Shown piece after piece: positions 1 to 13,479 of a stretch of DNA of 64,000 nt (its first letter is position 1; each line of letters begins with the position of its first letter). The notes beneath the pieces are model-generated. The model was given only the letters and a program-made list of their open reading frames with translations, made no database searches and was not told the DNA's origin. A program made the translations under genes and the position numbers. This DNA comes from Camelus ferus (taxonomy: Eukaryota). Location: positions 88,662,001 to 88,726,000 of the forward strand of contig NC_045696.1 in the NCBI RefSeq assembly GCF_009834535.1, given 5' to 3'.

Positions 1-429
1 GTGTGAGGGAATGACAATTCTGAGGCATTATCCTTTACTGGAGATCTTTTTCCCTCCATTAAGTAAAGACAGATGATTTTTTCTTCCTTAAAAGTCAAAG
101 CTAAAAATCTTTCAATTGGTTTCTTGAATCCTAGAAATAAATTAAAGGTATATTAAAATATCACTGTTACTCTACTTTGCTGGCATGAATGGATTTCATT
201 AAATTATATAGCTGTAAAATGCTACGGGGGAGAAGGGTTCCTGCTAAGTGAGTGACTGCGTGGAGGTGGGATGCTGAGAATATTGTTATTAAAATATGCA
301 AACGTGAACGTTCACTAGAGGTAGTGTAGACTGGAGCGTTTAGCTCTGCCATTTCTCTGTACTCAGCTGTCAGTCTATCTAATTATCACAGTGCCATTCT
401 GGCAGATGAATTTTGATGAATTACAGAAT

Positions 430-600
430 CTTAGGAGTCAGAGGGATCTCTGAAATCACCTGATATAACCCACATATAACAAATCAGGAAAATGAAGTCT
501 GGAGAGGAGAAGTCATTTGCTCAAAGCTTTAAAGCTCATTAGCTTTCAGAACCAACGCTAGCATTGAGCTCTCTCTTGGTTTCTGCCCCATTCCACACTT
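430..600 (-). mobile_element. MIR/MIR3-like SINE relic
   Basis: Antisense MIR core-like motif 'caggaaaatgaagtctggagaggagaagtcatttgctcaaag'; boundaries approximate. Confidence 0.55.
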
Positions 601-1644
601 CTCTATATTAGGATTAAAGACTACCTCCACTCTAGAGGCACATGGCGGGGTCAGAGCAGAAGACTAGGAAAAGCAAAGAGGGACCATCTAGTCAGAGACT
701 CCAGAGGCATCATCTGATAATGAATCTCTACAAAAGTCAGTAATATTAGAAATGTCAGCCCCCCGTGAGAAGACTAGTAATCACAGCTAAAGAAGTGTTA
801 ATAGTCAAAAGAAGGACACACATATAGCTACACTTATTGTGAGACCCAAAGGTTAAAACACAAAAAATAAAGCACCATTTCTACTTGGTCAGAGAGCCAT
901 CTGATTATCTAAAATTGCCAAACGACCTTCTAATAAGGCTAGGCAAGACCATAATGAAGTGATTCCTATTAGTGTCAACCCGAGTTATGATTCTGTCAAA
1001 ATTTCTATCATAACTCCAGATAAAGCTATCAGAAACACAAGGCTCGCAGCCAATAAATACATTTTCTTTTTGACCATAATGTTGAAAAAGAAAAGATTTT
1101 TATCATTTTAAAACACTCTGGTAGTGGAAAATGAAATGTGAAGCATCATTGCTCACAATGGCTCCTATACTTGCTTTTTAAAGGGGATAGGAAGGTTAGC
1201 ATCTTGAACATGTTATCAATCTTTAGGACAACATGTTTTTATCCTAAGAATTGATTTGCTATGAGTAAATGGAAGTAAACTTCCTTTTAAGAAATAAATA
1301 TAATTTTTGAGGAATTATTTGCCCAAGACTCAGTTATTAATTTTGAATACTTAAATACGATCACTAGAGAAAAAAGAAAAACATGAATGGAAAATAATAT
1401 TTAAAAATTAAGCTTTTAATAAAAAAGATGGGCAGCTGAATTGATTTATAAAATAAACTATAATCTTCTAAAATATCACTTTTTCAATCACTAAAATTCC
1501 AGTTAACAAAAGAATATATACTGAAAGGCATGTGAAGTTAAAGATTTTTCCCCACACTATTGTTTAAACTCTAGGTAAATAACTCAAAGTAAAATTATAA
1601 GGGAGGAATTGAGAAACAATATTTAAAGATGTATTTCCCCTCAA

Positions 1645-1745
1645 AATCAATTTAACAAATATTATTGAGCAACTATAATGTGCAAGACTGTCTCCTGGAT
1701 GTTTCATGAGAGCAGTCCCTGAAGGAATTTTCATTCTAGTTCAGG
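1645..1745 (-). mobile_element. L2 LINE 3' end relic
   Basis: 'tcaatttaacaaatattattgagcaactataatgtgcaagac...ttcattctagt' is a typical antisense L2 3' end. Confidence 0.65.
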
Positions 1746-2734
1746 ACTAAGTAAAATAATAATAATAACTATGATACCCCATCTAACGTGGGAAGGGAAA
1801 GAGGAATCAGAGAAACTTAAAGAAGCAGCAGTGTTAGAGAGGGGACTTTAGGGAAGGGTAAGATGTTGAAAGATAAGAAAAAACAGCAGAATGGAGCAAT
1901 TGCTTGGTCCTAAGGTATCAAGAAAAAAACTTGAGGCGGCAGGGGGGTGTGTGTGCGCTGTGTTCCTAACGATATTAGACCACTTTATACTATCTTTAAA
2001 CTACATTTTTCAATTTATAAAACATTTTCTCCTCTTCCTTGTCGCCACTGTCTTCCTCCTCCCCCACCTCCTTTCTTCTTCCTTAACAGATATTGGGGGT
2101 GTCCCTATTGAGACAACATACCCAAAGGATCAAGAACCCCAAACAAAACAAAGCACTCTTTTAAACATTTCTCAGAAATGCTATGAGTGTCACATTCTAA
2201 GATGCAGAATGGACAACTATTATTCCTACTGTCTATCACAGAACAGTGAAGTTCAGCAGGCACAGTGATGACCCAGATGAAAATAGTAGGTGAAAAGTAG
2301 CCCTGCGGGAACTCAGGCAGATCTTCAAAAATGGTGCATTAAGAGCTTTTCCCACCAGGCTCACCAAAGTGAGGATGAAGCTCCAAGTGAGGCTGCACAC
2401 AGTAAAGTCCCAAGATACATCTAACTAACCCCTGTTCTTAAGCAATAATGTGAATGTAACACCAGACAGACGCTATGAAAATTGGTTTTTCTTCCCCAAG
2501 GCATAATGAAATAGAAGACATAGGAGAAAAAAATAGAAGACATGTGGTTTAGCAAAAAGAAATAAAAACAGATAACAATAAGTTAACAAGTCCTTATGAA
2601 GTGAATTAAAATATCATAGGAATCCAGAATTTCAAAATCATTAGATCTACACTTCTAAATTGATCATGATGCATGATTATGGGAAAATCAAATCTCTTGA
2701 AGGCAGATTTGTTGAGTATATTTTTATGCAAAGA

Positions 2735-2780
2735 AAGGAAGGAAGGAAAGAAGGAAGGAAAAAAGGAAGGAAGGAAGGAA
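2735..2780. repeat. (GGAA)n imperfect microsatellite
   Basis: Directly visible ggaa repeats with two interruptions. Confidence 0.95.
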
Positions 2781-2899
2781 TATATACTAACAAAATGAGC
2801 AAAGCCAACATGCTTTGTGGTTGTTCCCCTTGTTGCTAAATAAGATTCAACATCTCTTCAACTGAAGAATAAATAATAAGCCAGGGATCCAGAGATTAG

Positions 2900-3055
2900 A
2901 TGATTCCTGTCTCAGCTCTACCACTAACTGGTTATGTGATTTTGGGCAAGGTACCTCACCTCTCTAGGTCTTTGTTTCTGATCTGAAACAATGAAGCAAT
3001 TCAACTGAGTAATATTTATGAGTCCTTCTCTAAAATTATTAATTCTCAAGCTTTC
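2900..3055 (+). mobile_element. MIR/MIR3 SINE relic
   Basis: 'ctcagctctaccactaactggttatgtgattttgggcaaggtacctcacctctct' MIR core. Confidence 0.75.
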
Positions 3056-4893
3056 AGCTGAGAAGAAATCCAGAAGACTACATGAGCCATTTTCCCTTAA
3101 TAGAATATTATAAAACTTGTACAACTGGAAACCTAAAATGCACACAGGACAGATAAATCAAACTCCACAAAAGCAATACAACACCCAATACTTACATAGC
3201 ACTTTGATGTTTCAAAGTGCATTTTCACCTATCTTCCACTCCTTGAAGGCACATTCATAAGTACTTGCAACAGAAACCAATCTAAATCTTTCTTGCAATG
3301 CTGGAGATATTAAAATGGCAACAGTTTCAGTGTAGTATTTGTATAGGTTCTAGAAGTATTTGCTACAATGATTATCTAAGGCCCATCATAACTTCACTTC
3401 GGCAGAATTTGTAAAACAAATTACATAACTCAGCTGAAATGGCCTTCAAGCATGGTATGTTGTTTTAAACTACAATAAAGGTTAAAGATGACTTAGAAAC
3501 TCATAGGGTCAAGCCTTTACTTTGGGCCAATCTAATGGGGCATGGAGAACAGAGAGTAATCGTGGTCTACTGGTTTGATTTAGGGAGCTCTGTAAGTAAA
3601 AACAATTTCATTCCCTTTCACCTTCATATTTTGACATCTGGAGACTAGTTTGTGGAATCAGGAAAATGACAGATGAGACTGAACAGGAAATGCTATTTGG
3701 TTCATGTCCCAGGGATACTATTTAACAAAAATGCTGAGGGAGCTATTTCAATAGCTCAGCTAGAGGGAAGGCATTCACTATATGCTATTTATGATGCTTT
3801 CGGAAACATCTCAGGAGGTATAAATTTTGGCAACTTATACACATTCCTTTAGGCATTTACCTGTATTGGTTCCCTGCCTTCCATATCGAGAAAAATTTTA
3901 TCCATCACAAGAAAGGAGAGATGTTATAATTCCCAACAAGAAGTATATGCATTTTGATGATGAGAAGAAAGCAAGTTCAGTATATTTTGAGGTACTCAGT
4001 GAGGAAGTGAAGATGGCTTGCTTCTAAGAATTACTGAAGACAGCCTTTACTGGTCTGCTACCTGATACTACATTTAACAGGCACTCATTATATCTATATA
4101 ATTAATATACTGTATAATAATATAATATTATATATATAATTTTACCTGAAAACTATACAGAAAAAAATTATCATGGAAATCCCTGTCAAAATATCAAACA
4201 CTTAAGATTAAAATGAGAAATACAGCCAAAAGAATAATGATTTCTACTGAAATAAGTGATACCTATTAGCCAATTATAAATAAATTCCAGGACTCTAGTG
4301 ATTAATCGTAATCTCTCCTGCTTCCAGAGATGATGACATGTAGTAAAAACTCGAATTTTATCTTCTTTCTGATCTCTTTAAAAAGTGCTAACAATCTGAG
4401 AAACAAGTCCAAGAGAAGTAATAGCAGCTGCAGAGCGGATCCTTGATAACCATGAGCCAAATTATGAGTTCGCTTTTCTTAGATTTCAAAACATCAAACC
4501 CCAATCTGTAGCAGAAAGTTGTCTCCACACTGTATTGTTTAGTTTAAAGATATATCAATGTAGATTTAAAATATTCAGAGTGAAGTTAATTAGACTTTTA
4601 ATAAGCTTATAAATTCTAACATATATTTCCTCGCATGATTATAGTCCAGGCGTATTACACTCTAGTCCAATGATCTACTGCTCTCCTAGAGGTGGTCTAC
4701 AACCAACTTTGCCTTTGCTTACATGTTTGTATTTACATTTTTCTTCACAACTTTTTACTAAGGTTTTTCTTACAAAAGTTTAACAATTAGGGATTAGGAG
4801 AGTGAGCCTTAACTGTTCATGCAACTGACAGAATGATTTATGATCTCTTAGGCCAGGTCAAGGAAGGGGTGGGGATAAAAAGTGAGATGTTGA

Positions 4894-5034
4894 GGGGGAG
4901 GGTATAGCTCAGTGGCAGAGTGCATGCATCACATGCATGAGGTCCTGGGTTCAATCCCCAGTACCTCCATAAAATAAATAAACCTAATTACCTCCCCCAA
5001 AAAACAGAAAAAAAAAAAAAAAAAAAAAAAAAAA
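4894..5034 (+). mobile_element. Camelid Vic-1-type tRNA-derived SINE with poly(A) tail
   Basis: ggggagggtatagctcagtgg (A box) ... ggttcaatcccc (B box), then aaataaataaacctaattacctccccc and a long A tail; matches the camelid SINE as recalled. Confidence 0.9.
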
Positions 5035-5789
5035 GAGAGGGAGAGAGAGGCTCAAGGCATAAACAAGAGCTATCAGAATTGCCGGGGAGCCTACATTGTT
5101 CCTAGCTCTCTGAGTACCTGTCCTGCCCCTACCCCACCAAAAGGCTGATACACTGGAAGGGGATACAGGTAAGGAGAAGGGTAAGTAGATCATCTGCTTT
5201 TGACAAAGCTCCACAGGTAAAAAGAACCTGATGACTGGAAGAGAACGTCTTGGGGAGATGTTAATACAAACTCAGGAGAAAATGGGTTCTGAGGTCCCAT
5301 GAGCTTGGGAAACGCCACAGGCTAGATCGCCCTTCACAGTACTCATGCCGCACGTTAGCCCAGTAAATTTTCCGAGGTTAAGGGGGTTTCACCTTACTGA
5401 ATGGTGTTAAAGCCATACTCATCTCTTACACTTTCCCTCAACACTAATTTGGGAAGATAATTTAGAAATCCTGAAATATTTATGAAACTGGTCCTGTTCA
5501 CTGTATGGGGACTCTGTGCCATCTTATATTACTGGTCACTCTACTAAGTGTCCTGACACTTTAGTAGAGGGGCCAAATTTTTACGAACATCCAGCAAAAG
5601 CTAAATTTTATTCAAGTACAAGGTTATTTACCTGGTATAATGGTACCACAGTGATGATTAAATGCATTAGTCTACTTCAAAGCTACCGATACTGCCTGTG
5701 TTTACACCAGCACTGCTACAACTATCTGTACCACTAGGTCCCTTACAGCACATGGGCCACAAAGCAGAATGGCTTCTTAATCTCCACTG

Positions 5790-6190
5790 TCTCTGGAGAA
5801 ATAAGGCCACTTGCTATCCCTTAAATGTCCTTCCTTTCCTGTCTTCATATCTTTGCTCTTGCCTTTTGCTCTGCCTGGAATGCACTCCTCACTATTGGGT
5901 CTCCAAATGTCAGTCTTACTAACCCATGAAGACCTGCCTATCTAAATGCCAGGTCTTCTGTGAAGCATTTCCAGATTGTCCACAATTGGCTGGCTTCTAC
6001 TTCCTTTAAAATCTCCCAACCACTGTGTATATCTCTTGGCTGGCTTCCACCTCCTTTAAAAACTCTCAGCCACTGTGTATATCTCTTAAATCAATAATCA
6101 TATTCTTGTTATATGACTATAGGTCTTCAAGTCTCATCCTCCAATGAGATGGCAAATTCTTCAGGGATAGGAACTGTGTTTTCCTCCCAT
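5790..6190 (+). mobile_element. L2 LINE relic containing a 50-bp tandem duplication
   Basis: 'ctctgcctggaatgcactcc', 'tcttctgtgaagcatttcc' and 'ttcagggataggaactgtg' L2 motifs. Confidence 0.65.
5986..6087. repeat. 50-bp tandem duplication (2 copies, diverged)
   Basis: ttggctggcttc...ccactgtgtatatctc starts at 5986 and again at 6036. Confidence 0.95.
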
Positions 6191-7246
6191 ATAGGTAAAG
6201 AAAAATGTAGCCACCTAAGGTCACATAACTAGTACATGGCAGTGCTGGGCTTCACACCAGACCTGTCTAACCCCCAAACCCAGGCTCTTTCTCCTATCCT
6301 TCACCCCTCACCACCTCTTAGACAGCAAAGTCAACGGTTCCTCTGGCAACAGAAAGAACATAAGTCCCCTCCAATAGGAGATAGGCAGCATAAAAGTTCT
6401 GCCTTTCTGCCCTAACTCACTGCCTGGCTTCTGACTTAATATTTTAACTCTACCTTCTGCTTTTAAACCCTCATTTCTCCAAGCGTATTCTAGGGAATAA
6501 TAGTAATGAGAGGTACAATTTTTTTAAATAGATTTATGGGAAACTGTAGACTAAACAAAGTTAGACATGTTGGTTGCTTACTGCAGGGCTTTGCAGATCA
6601 TTTAATATGCTACTATGCAGCGCTGTATACAGTTTTTGTACATATATTTTATATCTTTAGAAGGTACTGGATTTTGTTATGTATCATGGAACAGAACAAC
6701 CCTTCATAAATTCCTCCTGATTCAAGATAGTCGTACCTTATTTTAATAGCATCATTTTCACAATATATTACATACCTAGCAACAAAGTCAATTCAAAACC
6801 ATTTAATAACACATATCTAAATAAGAAATCTCACAACCAATGATATAGGCTTTAATGTTATTGGATTTAAAACTAGCAACAATCTACTTTGTGCCAGTGA
6901 GTGATTAAGTGCTACACACACAATGTCTGACATTTAATGAGGGACTCACATGAATATAGAATATGTTTCACTCAATGATTAATACAGGTTCACTATATTT
7001 AGTTTGTACTTAAACATTTCATCTTTTCTTCCCCATCCCTGAACCTAGCTGAGGACATGGGAGAAATCTGATGACTAAAAACCAGGAAGTTTTGATGAAT
7101 GAAACAGATGAGAAAAAAAAATGATTCTTAAAGGAGAAAATGAGACTTTCCCCCATTATCACTTTTAGACTCATTGCTGCTATTTAAAATAACTAAAATA
7201 ACATTGCTAGCCTCTGAGTAGGGCAGCTGGGTGACCTGGGGACATC

Positions 7247-7663
7247 TGAATGGGTAGAACCGTGCCGCCCAAAAGAGATACGTTCGAGCGTTAACACCAC
7301 GCCCCACATCTATGAATGTGAGGTCGTAGGGGATTCAGGTGGGCCCTAATCCAATGACTAATGTCCTTATAAGAAGAGAGGAAATTGGATGCAGACACAG
7401 AGGGGTGCACAGGGAGAGCCCAATGTGATGACAAGGGCGGAGACTGGGGTGATGCAGCTGCAAGCCAAGGCTATCTCTTGACCAGTGGAAGCTAGAAGAG
7501 GAAAGGAAGAATGCTTTCCTAGAGCCTTCAGAGAGACCAGGGCCCTGACAGTACCTTGGTTTCAGACTGGTAGCCTCCAGAACTGTGAGAGAATAAATTT
7601 CTGTTGTTTAAATCCATCCACAGTTTGTGGTCCTTTGTATGGCAACCCCAAGAAATGAATACA
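7247..7663 (+). mobile_element. MaLR solo LTR (MLT1B/C-like) with perfect 5-bp TSD
   Basis: TG...CA ends; 'gggccctaatccaatgact', 'ccagaactgtgagagaataaatttctgttgttta'; ACATC at 7242-7246 and 7664-7668. Confidence 0.9.
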
Positions 7664-7729
7664 ACATCTTTTAAATTTTATACAATGTGACTATGCCATG
7701 TACTCAAAAATTAAAGTAAAATCAATTCA

Positions 7730-8850
7730 GCTCAAGGGAATGAAAATACAAGCCACAGGCTGGGAGAATATAATAGCAAAAGATATATCTGATAAAGGAC
7801 TTACCTAAAACATAGAAAGAACTCTTAACACTAAAGAATAAGAAAACAGACAACCTGATTTAAAAAAAAAATAAACAGGCTAAAGACCTTGATAGATACC
7901 TCACTAAAGATATATAGACAGCAAATTAGTATATGAAAACATGCTCCACAACACATGTCCTCAGAGAAATGCAAATTAAAACAATAAGAGGCCACTACAC
8001 ACCTCTTAGAATGGCCATAATCTGGGATACTGACAACACCAAATAAATGCTGGTGAGGATGTGGAGCAATATGGGAATGCAAAATCATACAGCCACTCTG
8101 GAAGACAGTGAGGCAATTTCCTACAAAACTACACAATCCAAAAATCACGCTACTTTGTTTTCACTAAAAGGAGTTGGAAACTATGTCTATACAAAAACCT
8201 GCACATGAATATCTATAGTAGCTTTATTCATAATTGCCAAAACTTGGAAGCAACCAAGACATTCTTCAGTAGGTGAATGAATAAATAAACTGTGGTATAT
8301 CCAGACAGCGGAAATTATTCAGCACTAAAAAGAGATGCGTTATCAAGCCATGAAAAGACATGGAAGGACCTTAAATGCATATTACTAAGTAAAAGAAGTC
8401 AATCTAAAATAGTTATAGACTATATGATTTCAACTACATGACATTCTGGAAAAGGCAAAACTATGAAGATAGTAAAAAGATCAGTGGTTGCCAGGGGTTA
8501 GGGTGGAGGCAAGGATGAACAGGCAGAGCAGAGGGTTTTTAGGGCAGTGAAATTGCTCTGTATGATCCTGCTACGGTGGATGCATATCATTATACATTTA
8601 TCCAAACCCACAGAAAAGACAACACTGAGGAGTGAACCCTAATGTAAACTATGGAGTCTGAGGGATGATGTGTCACACTGTAGACTCATCAACTGTAACA
8701 CACATACCAATCACTCTGGTGGGTGATGTTGATAATGGGGGAGGCCATGTATATGTTTGGGCGTGGGTGGTATATGGGAAACCTCTGTACTTTCCACTCA
8801 ATTTTGCTGTAAATATAAAACTGTTCTAAAAAAAAAAAGTCTAATAAAAA
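7730..8850 (+). mobile_element. 5'-truncated L1 (L1MC-like): ORF2 C-terminus and 3' UTR
   Basis: 'gaaatgcaaattaaaacaa', 'ttgccaaaacttggaagcaacc', 3' end 'ctcaattttgctgtaaatataaaactgttctaaaaaa'. Confidence 0.9.
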
Positions 8851-11187
8851 CATTTTAAAGTTATGAAGTAAACCAAAAGTTCTATCTTTTTTATAGTACA
8901 GTTTAGTAACTACCTTGAGCCCATGACTAAAATATGCATACTTTTCCTTAAAGCTTTCCATTTTCCTTTATTCATTAATTAATTAGTTCACTCAAACTTC
9001 AGTCAAGTGCTTACTCTGGGCCAGACATGGTAGCCTGGGAAAGGTTCAGGAGGATCCAGAAATCAGATCCTTCCTCTCCTTTTAGATGATGCCTACTCTT
9101 ACAAATAACTGTAAAGGAAACAGATCATACCAACTAGTAGTAAAAGCATTATTCATATATCTTGGGAATTAAGATTAAGATCAAATTTGCAAGTGTTATT
9201 CAACCATATATATGAGATGAATTATATTTCTCCTTCCCTCTCCTCAAAGATTAATGATATCAAATATATAGTCATTACTTGACTGTTTCGAGAAGCATCT
9301 TGGGAGATAAGACAAAAATTACAAGAGAGTAAGGTCACTGAATGTGCACCATGGCATGAAAACTCTATCAACTCTGAAAACAGAAAGAATAAATATTAAA
9401 AAAATAAAACAAAACAAAAAAAAACCACTCAAGAGAATAGTTAAAAATGGAAGCAGACTCCGAAATCATTAAAATTCTAGTGTTAAGAGAATGAAAACTG
9501 GAGATAAAAGAGTCTTGTTAGAGGATTCTACCATCTTAAGAAAGAAGAGGGGGAATGTCTTAAAATTATTCTGAAAAGATAGTGGTCAAGAACAGAATTA
9601 TGTACAAATCAGGCTCAGCTATCCTCTCCTAACCTGTTCCAATGCTATTTCCAAATTAAGAAAAAATTGGTAACTGTTTCCAGAAATTGATAGTACAATT
9701 CAGTTGTTTCCTTGTCATGACAAAACTTGGAAGAAAACATTTAGAGAAATGATGTCCTCTCTTGAAAACAGGTCCTCAATCTTCATAGAAGTAAAAATAG
9801 AACAAAAGTAATAGACATCATGTAACCTGCACTGTCACATCCAAAGGATTATTTTCGGATCCTGTAGTTAAAATCTTTGCAAAAAAAAAAAAAAAAAATA
9901 GTACCGTCCTCCTTAGTGCTTAATTATACATATGCACTGGTATGCTTCAAGATAGAACATTACCTTAGAGAGTGGTATTTTTTTAAATGCTGCTGAAAAA
10001 AGTAGGGGAAAAAAATAACAAGCTGCTCTCTATATTAAGAACCACATGCAAGCAAGCATTTGCAAAATTACCATAAAGTAAAACAAAGAACTACTGTCCT
10101 ATGAAATATACACCAAGTTTCACTAAACCCCTAAATCCTAGTATCACCGTATTTGGGGAGTTGAACTGTGTATCACTGGAAGAGAATAGAGGAAAGGGAT
10201 AAAGCTGCAAGATCTGGGTTGGAGAGGAGTAGGACTTGTGGTAACTTGTTCCTGCTCAAAATGTCCAGAATCAACTTGATTAAGTCAACATTAAGTTATT
10301 GGCAGATTAAGAGCTGGTTTCAGCAGCGGACAGAGATATTGTAGGAAAACTTTGTATTTTGTTTGTACTGGTATTTGATAGGAACTTCAGATGCATTTAA
10401 GTAAGGATTCAAGTGCATTTAAGTAAAGATTCCTTGCTTAAAAAAAATTTAAAAACTGCAGAATACTTTTCCCTAAGTAATACAAAGTAGCAGGAACACA
10501 TATTTAGGAGTAAAATCATCTGAATTGCTACTAACTTCATAGCAATAAAACCTCCCATTTCGCTGCAGTAAAACATTATGGCAAACCGCCTTCTAGGGGA
10601 TAGGAAACTTAATGCATTTCTTCTCTAGAAATGTATATATACTCAGTCAGCAAGTGTTCTTCTAAAAAGCACGAAATAACTCCTTCCAAGGAAGCTTGTT
10701 TTCTGAACTCTTCACCCTACATAATTTCTAAATGTTTCTCCTCTCCATTTTCCTAATTTTAACTTAATTGGTTGTGAATCCAAAAACACGTGTTTCCTAT
10801 TTGCATTTGGCTGCAGAAACAAATTCTTAATTTACTTTAGGGAATGTAGGGGTGAATGCTGAAAGTAAGAGAATGGTGAAAGAGAAAATAATAATGGCTA
10901 AGCAAAACCAAGAATATTGTTTCTCTCCTTCTACTGTTGCCAAGAAGATGGTATAAATTTCCTCTCCTTGTGGAGAATTACCTAATTATAGGAAAAAGCA
11001 TGCTCTCTGCTTATGATATCAAAAGTGGATATATTTTAGAGGGCTACAAGCTGTCCTCTTAAAATGGGGCCAGAAAACAGAAGCGTGGGTAACTGCAGCA
11101 CTGGGGGGACGGCAGGAGGTACCATCTCAATACATGTCAACCATACCTTTTGTCATCACCTCTCTGTTCCCTGATCTCCTTCCAAGA

Positions 11188-11360
11188 GCAGCAGTCAGCA
11201 ACTGTGGCCTCCGAATCAGCAGCAGCAGCAGCAGCAGCAGCACCAGCTGGGAACTTGTTAGAAATCCCGATTACTGGCCCCGCCCCAGACTGATAGAATC
11301 AGAAACTCGGGAGGGTAAAACCCAAGACTCTGTTTCAACAAGCATCCCATGGGATTCCAA
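11188..11360 (+). mobile_element. MER5A-like hAT-Charlie MITE carrying (CAG)8
   Basis: 'cagcagcaccagctgggaacttgttagaaat...ggccccgccccagac...gaatcagaaactc' MER5A motif; CAG x8 at 11217-11240. Confidence 0.8.
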
Positions 11361-12397
11361 CTCGATGAACCAAGTCCTCCAGAAACTATCTTCCAATTCA
11401 TTCTTGCTTTTAATCACATGCAGCCGAAATTGTTACTAAACATATTCATGTGTATACATTCTCCAGTTAATTTATCAGATCCTTGGGGCAAAAATCCCCT
11501 CCTCTTGTCCCTTTGCTTTCCCTCGCCCATCAGTACCTCATCTAGAGCCAGTGAGCCAAAGGAAACATAATGAGCATTCATGGTGACAGGAACAGGGAGG
11601 GGTCCTTGGGGAGAGCTCTCTCTTTGTGAGTCTGATACTCCCATCTACCTGAGATAGATCTAGTTTCCTTAATTAAGATCTAGGCATAAAAGGCTCTAGT
11701 TCTCCAATCTACAGTCTAGAGAGGATTCATTCATTCTTGGGATGGAACTGCTCAGCTTCAGAATGTGGCTAATCCAACTGAAAAAAAAATTAGAAGTTAC
11801 ACACAATATTTCCCCCCAAAGGCTGGGCAACCTTGAATAGAGAGGGGAGAAAGAAGAAGTAGAATGTTCTTCTCAGAAGCACACAATCAGGGCCACATAC
11901 ATGGGAATGCTCATTAGTCACCCCTGTGGCAGGATATAACCTTCCAAACCCTTAATATGAAGATGTGGTTCTGTTTGCCTTCTTTGCTACATTCAAAACA
12001 TAAAAGGCAAATACTTCCCCTCATACACAGGGTGTCCTCACTATCCTTGAGCAAAGTGGAACTAGTTGCTAATGATTCAGGTTCTGAGTTTAATAAACGT
12101 CAGAGCTTAGTGGTGGTTTCTGGGGAGGAATCTAACCACAGCGGAATTCCTCCACCTGGCATAAATAAATGAAATTTGTTCAGACATGCTGTTAGCATTG
12201 AGCACATATCCTATTAAATTGAATATGCAGAGATGTTCCACATTACGATGGAAAGGATCACCTGTGCCTCCCCTGTCCTGGAACTGATATTTTTAAGAAG
12301 TGTCTGCACGTTTAAGAGGGAGATGCTTCTCCTAGGTTCTTCTGCTTTTCCAGTTAACACATCTGTAGGTTCATCCAGCTGATCTGAAAAGGGACCC

Positions 12398-12765
12398 TGT
12401 TTCGGACTGAAATGTTTGTATGCCCTGAAAATTTACGTCTTGAAATTAACTCCAGTGGTATTTGGACGTGGGGCCTTTGAGGGGTAATTAGGCTTAGATG
12501 AGGTCATGAGGATGGGGCCCTCAGGATGGGATTGGTGCCCTCGTGAGACATCAGAGAGCTTACTCATGCATGCGCTCTCTCTCACTCCACCAGGCAAGGA
12601 CACAGTGAGGTGGCAGCTGTCTGTAAACCTGGAAGAGGGCTTTCACCAGGAATCAAATCTGCCGGCACCTCGATCTTGGACTGCCCAGAACTGTGAGAAA
12701 TAAATGTGGTTTAAGCAATCCAGTCCCATCATATTTTGTTACAGCAGCCTGAAGAGACTAATACA
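12398..12765 (+). mobile_element. MaLR solo LTR (MLT1A-like)
   Basis: TG...ATACA ends; 'gggcctttgaggggtaattagg', 'ccagaactgtgagaaataaatg', 'gttacagcagcctgaa'. Confidence 0.88.
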
Positions 12766-13479
12766 GGTCCCAACCCTGGAATTTCTCTTCCATGGCTTCT
12801 CTCTAGACCTGACTCCAATTCTAAGTAAAGATAAGAAAAGCTTTTGTTTGCATATGCCAATGCATGTGTGAGCTGAATCATCTGCATGCGGTCCAGCTGG
12901 GCCAATGTAAGGAATGACCTATGGAGAGGAGATGGCACGCAATGGGTGCCCAGCCTCAACAAACAAAATGATTTCTACGAGCCACGTACAGTCAGAAAGC
13001 AACAGAGAGCTGTCAGACGTTAAGAGGAAGTGCACACTGAGACAAGAGGCATCTCAGCAGAAATGACTGGGCATCCCCAGCTCGCCGTGAACTGGGAGTT
13101 GGGAAGAACTCTAAGGATGACAAAGGTCAGCTCTCTCTCCTGCCTGATGGGAAAAAAAAGGAAGACCCTCTGCTGAAAATAAAGCTATCTAAGAAGAATT
13201 TTTAAACTGTGAATATTTAAATTGTGAATATAATATTTGAAGATGGATTTATACTTATAACACACATGGCTCATAATAAATAGCCCTTAGAAGAGCATTC
13301 CAGTTAAATCTAGGTCCCTGCAGTGAAACACCAGAGCAAATATTAGACGTAAGAAATAAGGCAAAGCTGTGTCCTTGGCTGGATTCTTGCAAACCTAGAT
13401 GCCCTAGAATGTGGCAATGTCCCTTTCTCTGTGGCTAATTTGTAAAACTTCTTTTCCTCTGTAGTTGGGGGTCTTCAGC

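Noticed and set aside
1891..2268. 125-aa ORF
   Set aside because: No recognisable domain, runs through low-complexity sequence, and has no supporting splice structure.
4894..4970. tRNA-like sequence
   Set aside because: It continues into a SINE body and A tail and has a second dispersed copy, so it is a SINE head, not a tRNA gene.
5986..6087. Direct repeats as a possible CRISPR-like array (also 10392-10432 and 61845-61930)
   Set aside because: These are head-to-tail duplications without spacers in mammalian DNA, with no cas genes.
7831..8148. ORFs over L1 sequence (also 38906-40326, 54357-54945, 59168-59489)
   Set aside because: These are chance frames in decayed L1 relics; there is no intact ORF1 or ORF2.
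9964..9992. Possible minus-strand microexon (ttttttcag...AAG|gtaatg)
   Set aside because: Its length would be 26 or 29 nt, which does not preserve frame, and splice-like motifs this short are expected by chance in 64 kb.
11134..11439. 101-aa ORF with poly-Ser
   Set aside because: The poly-Ser comes from the CAG repeat inside a MER5A-like transposon.
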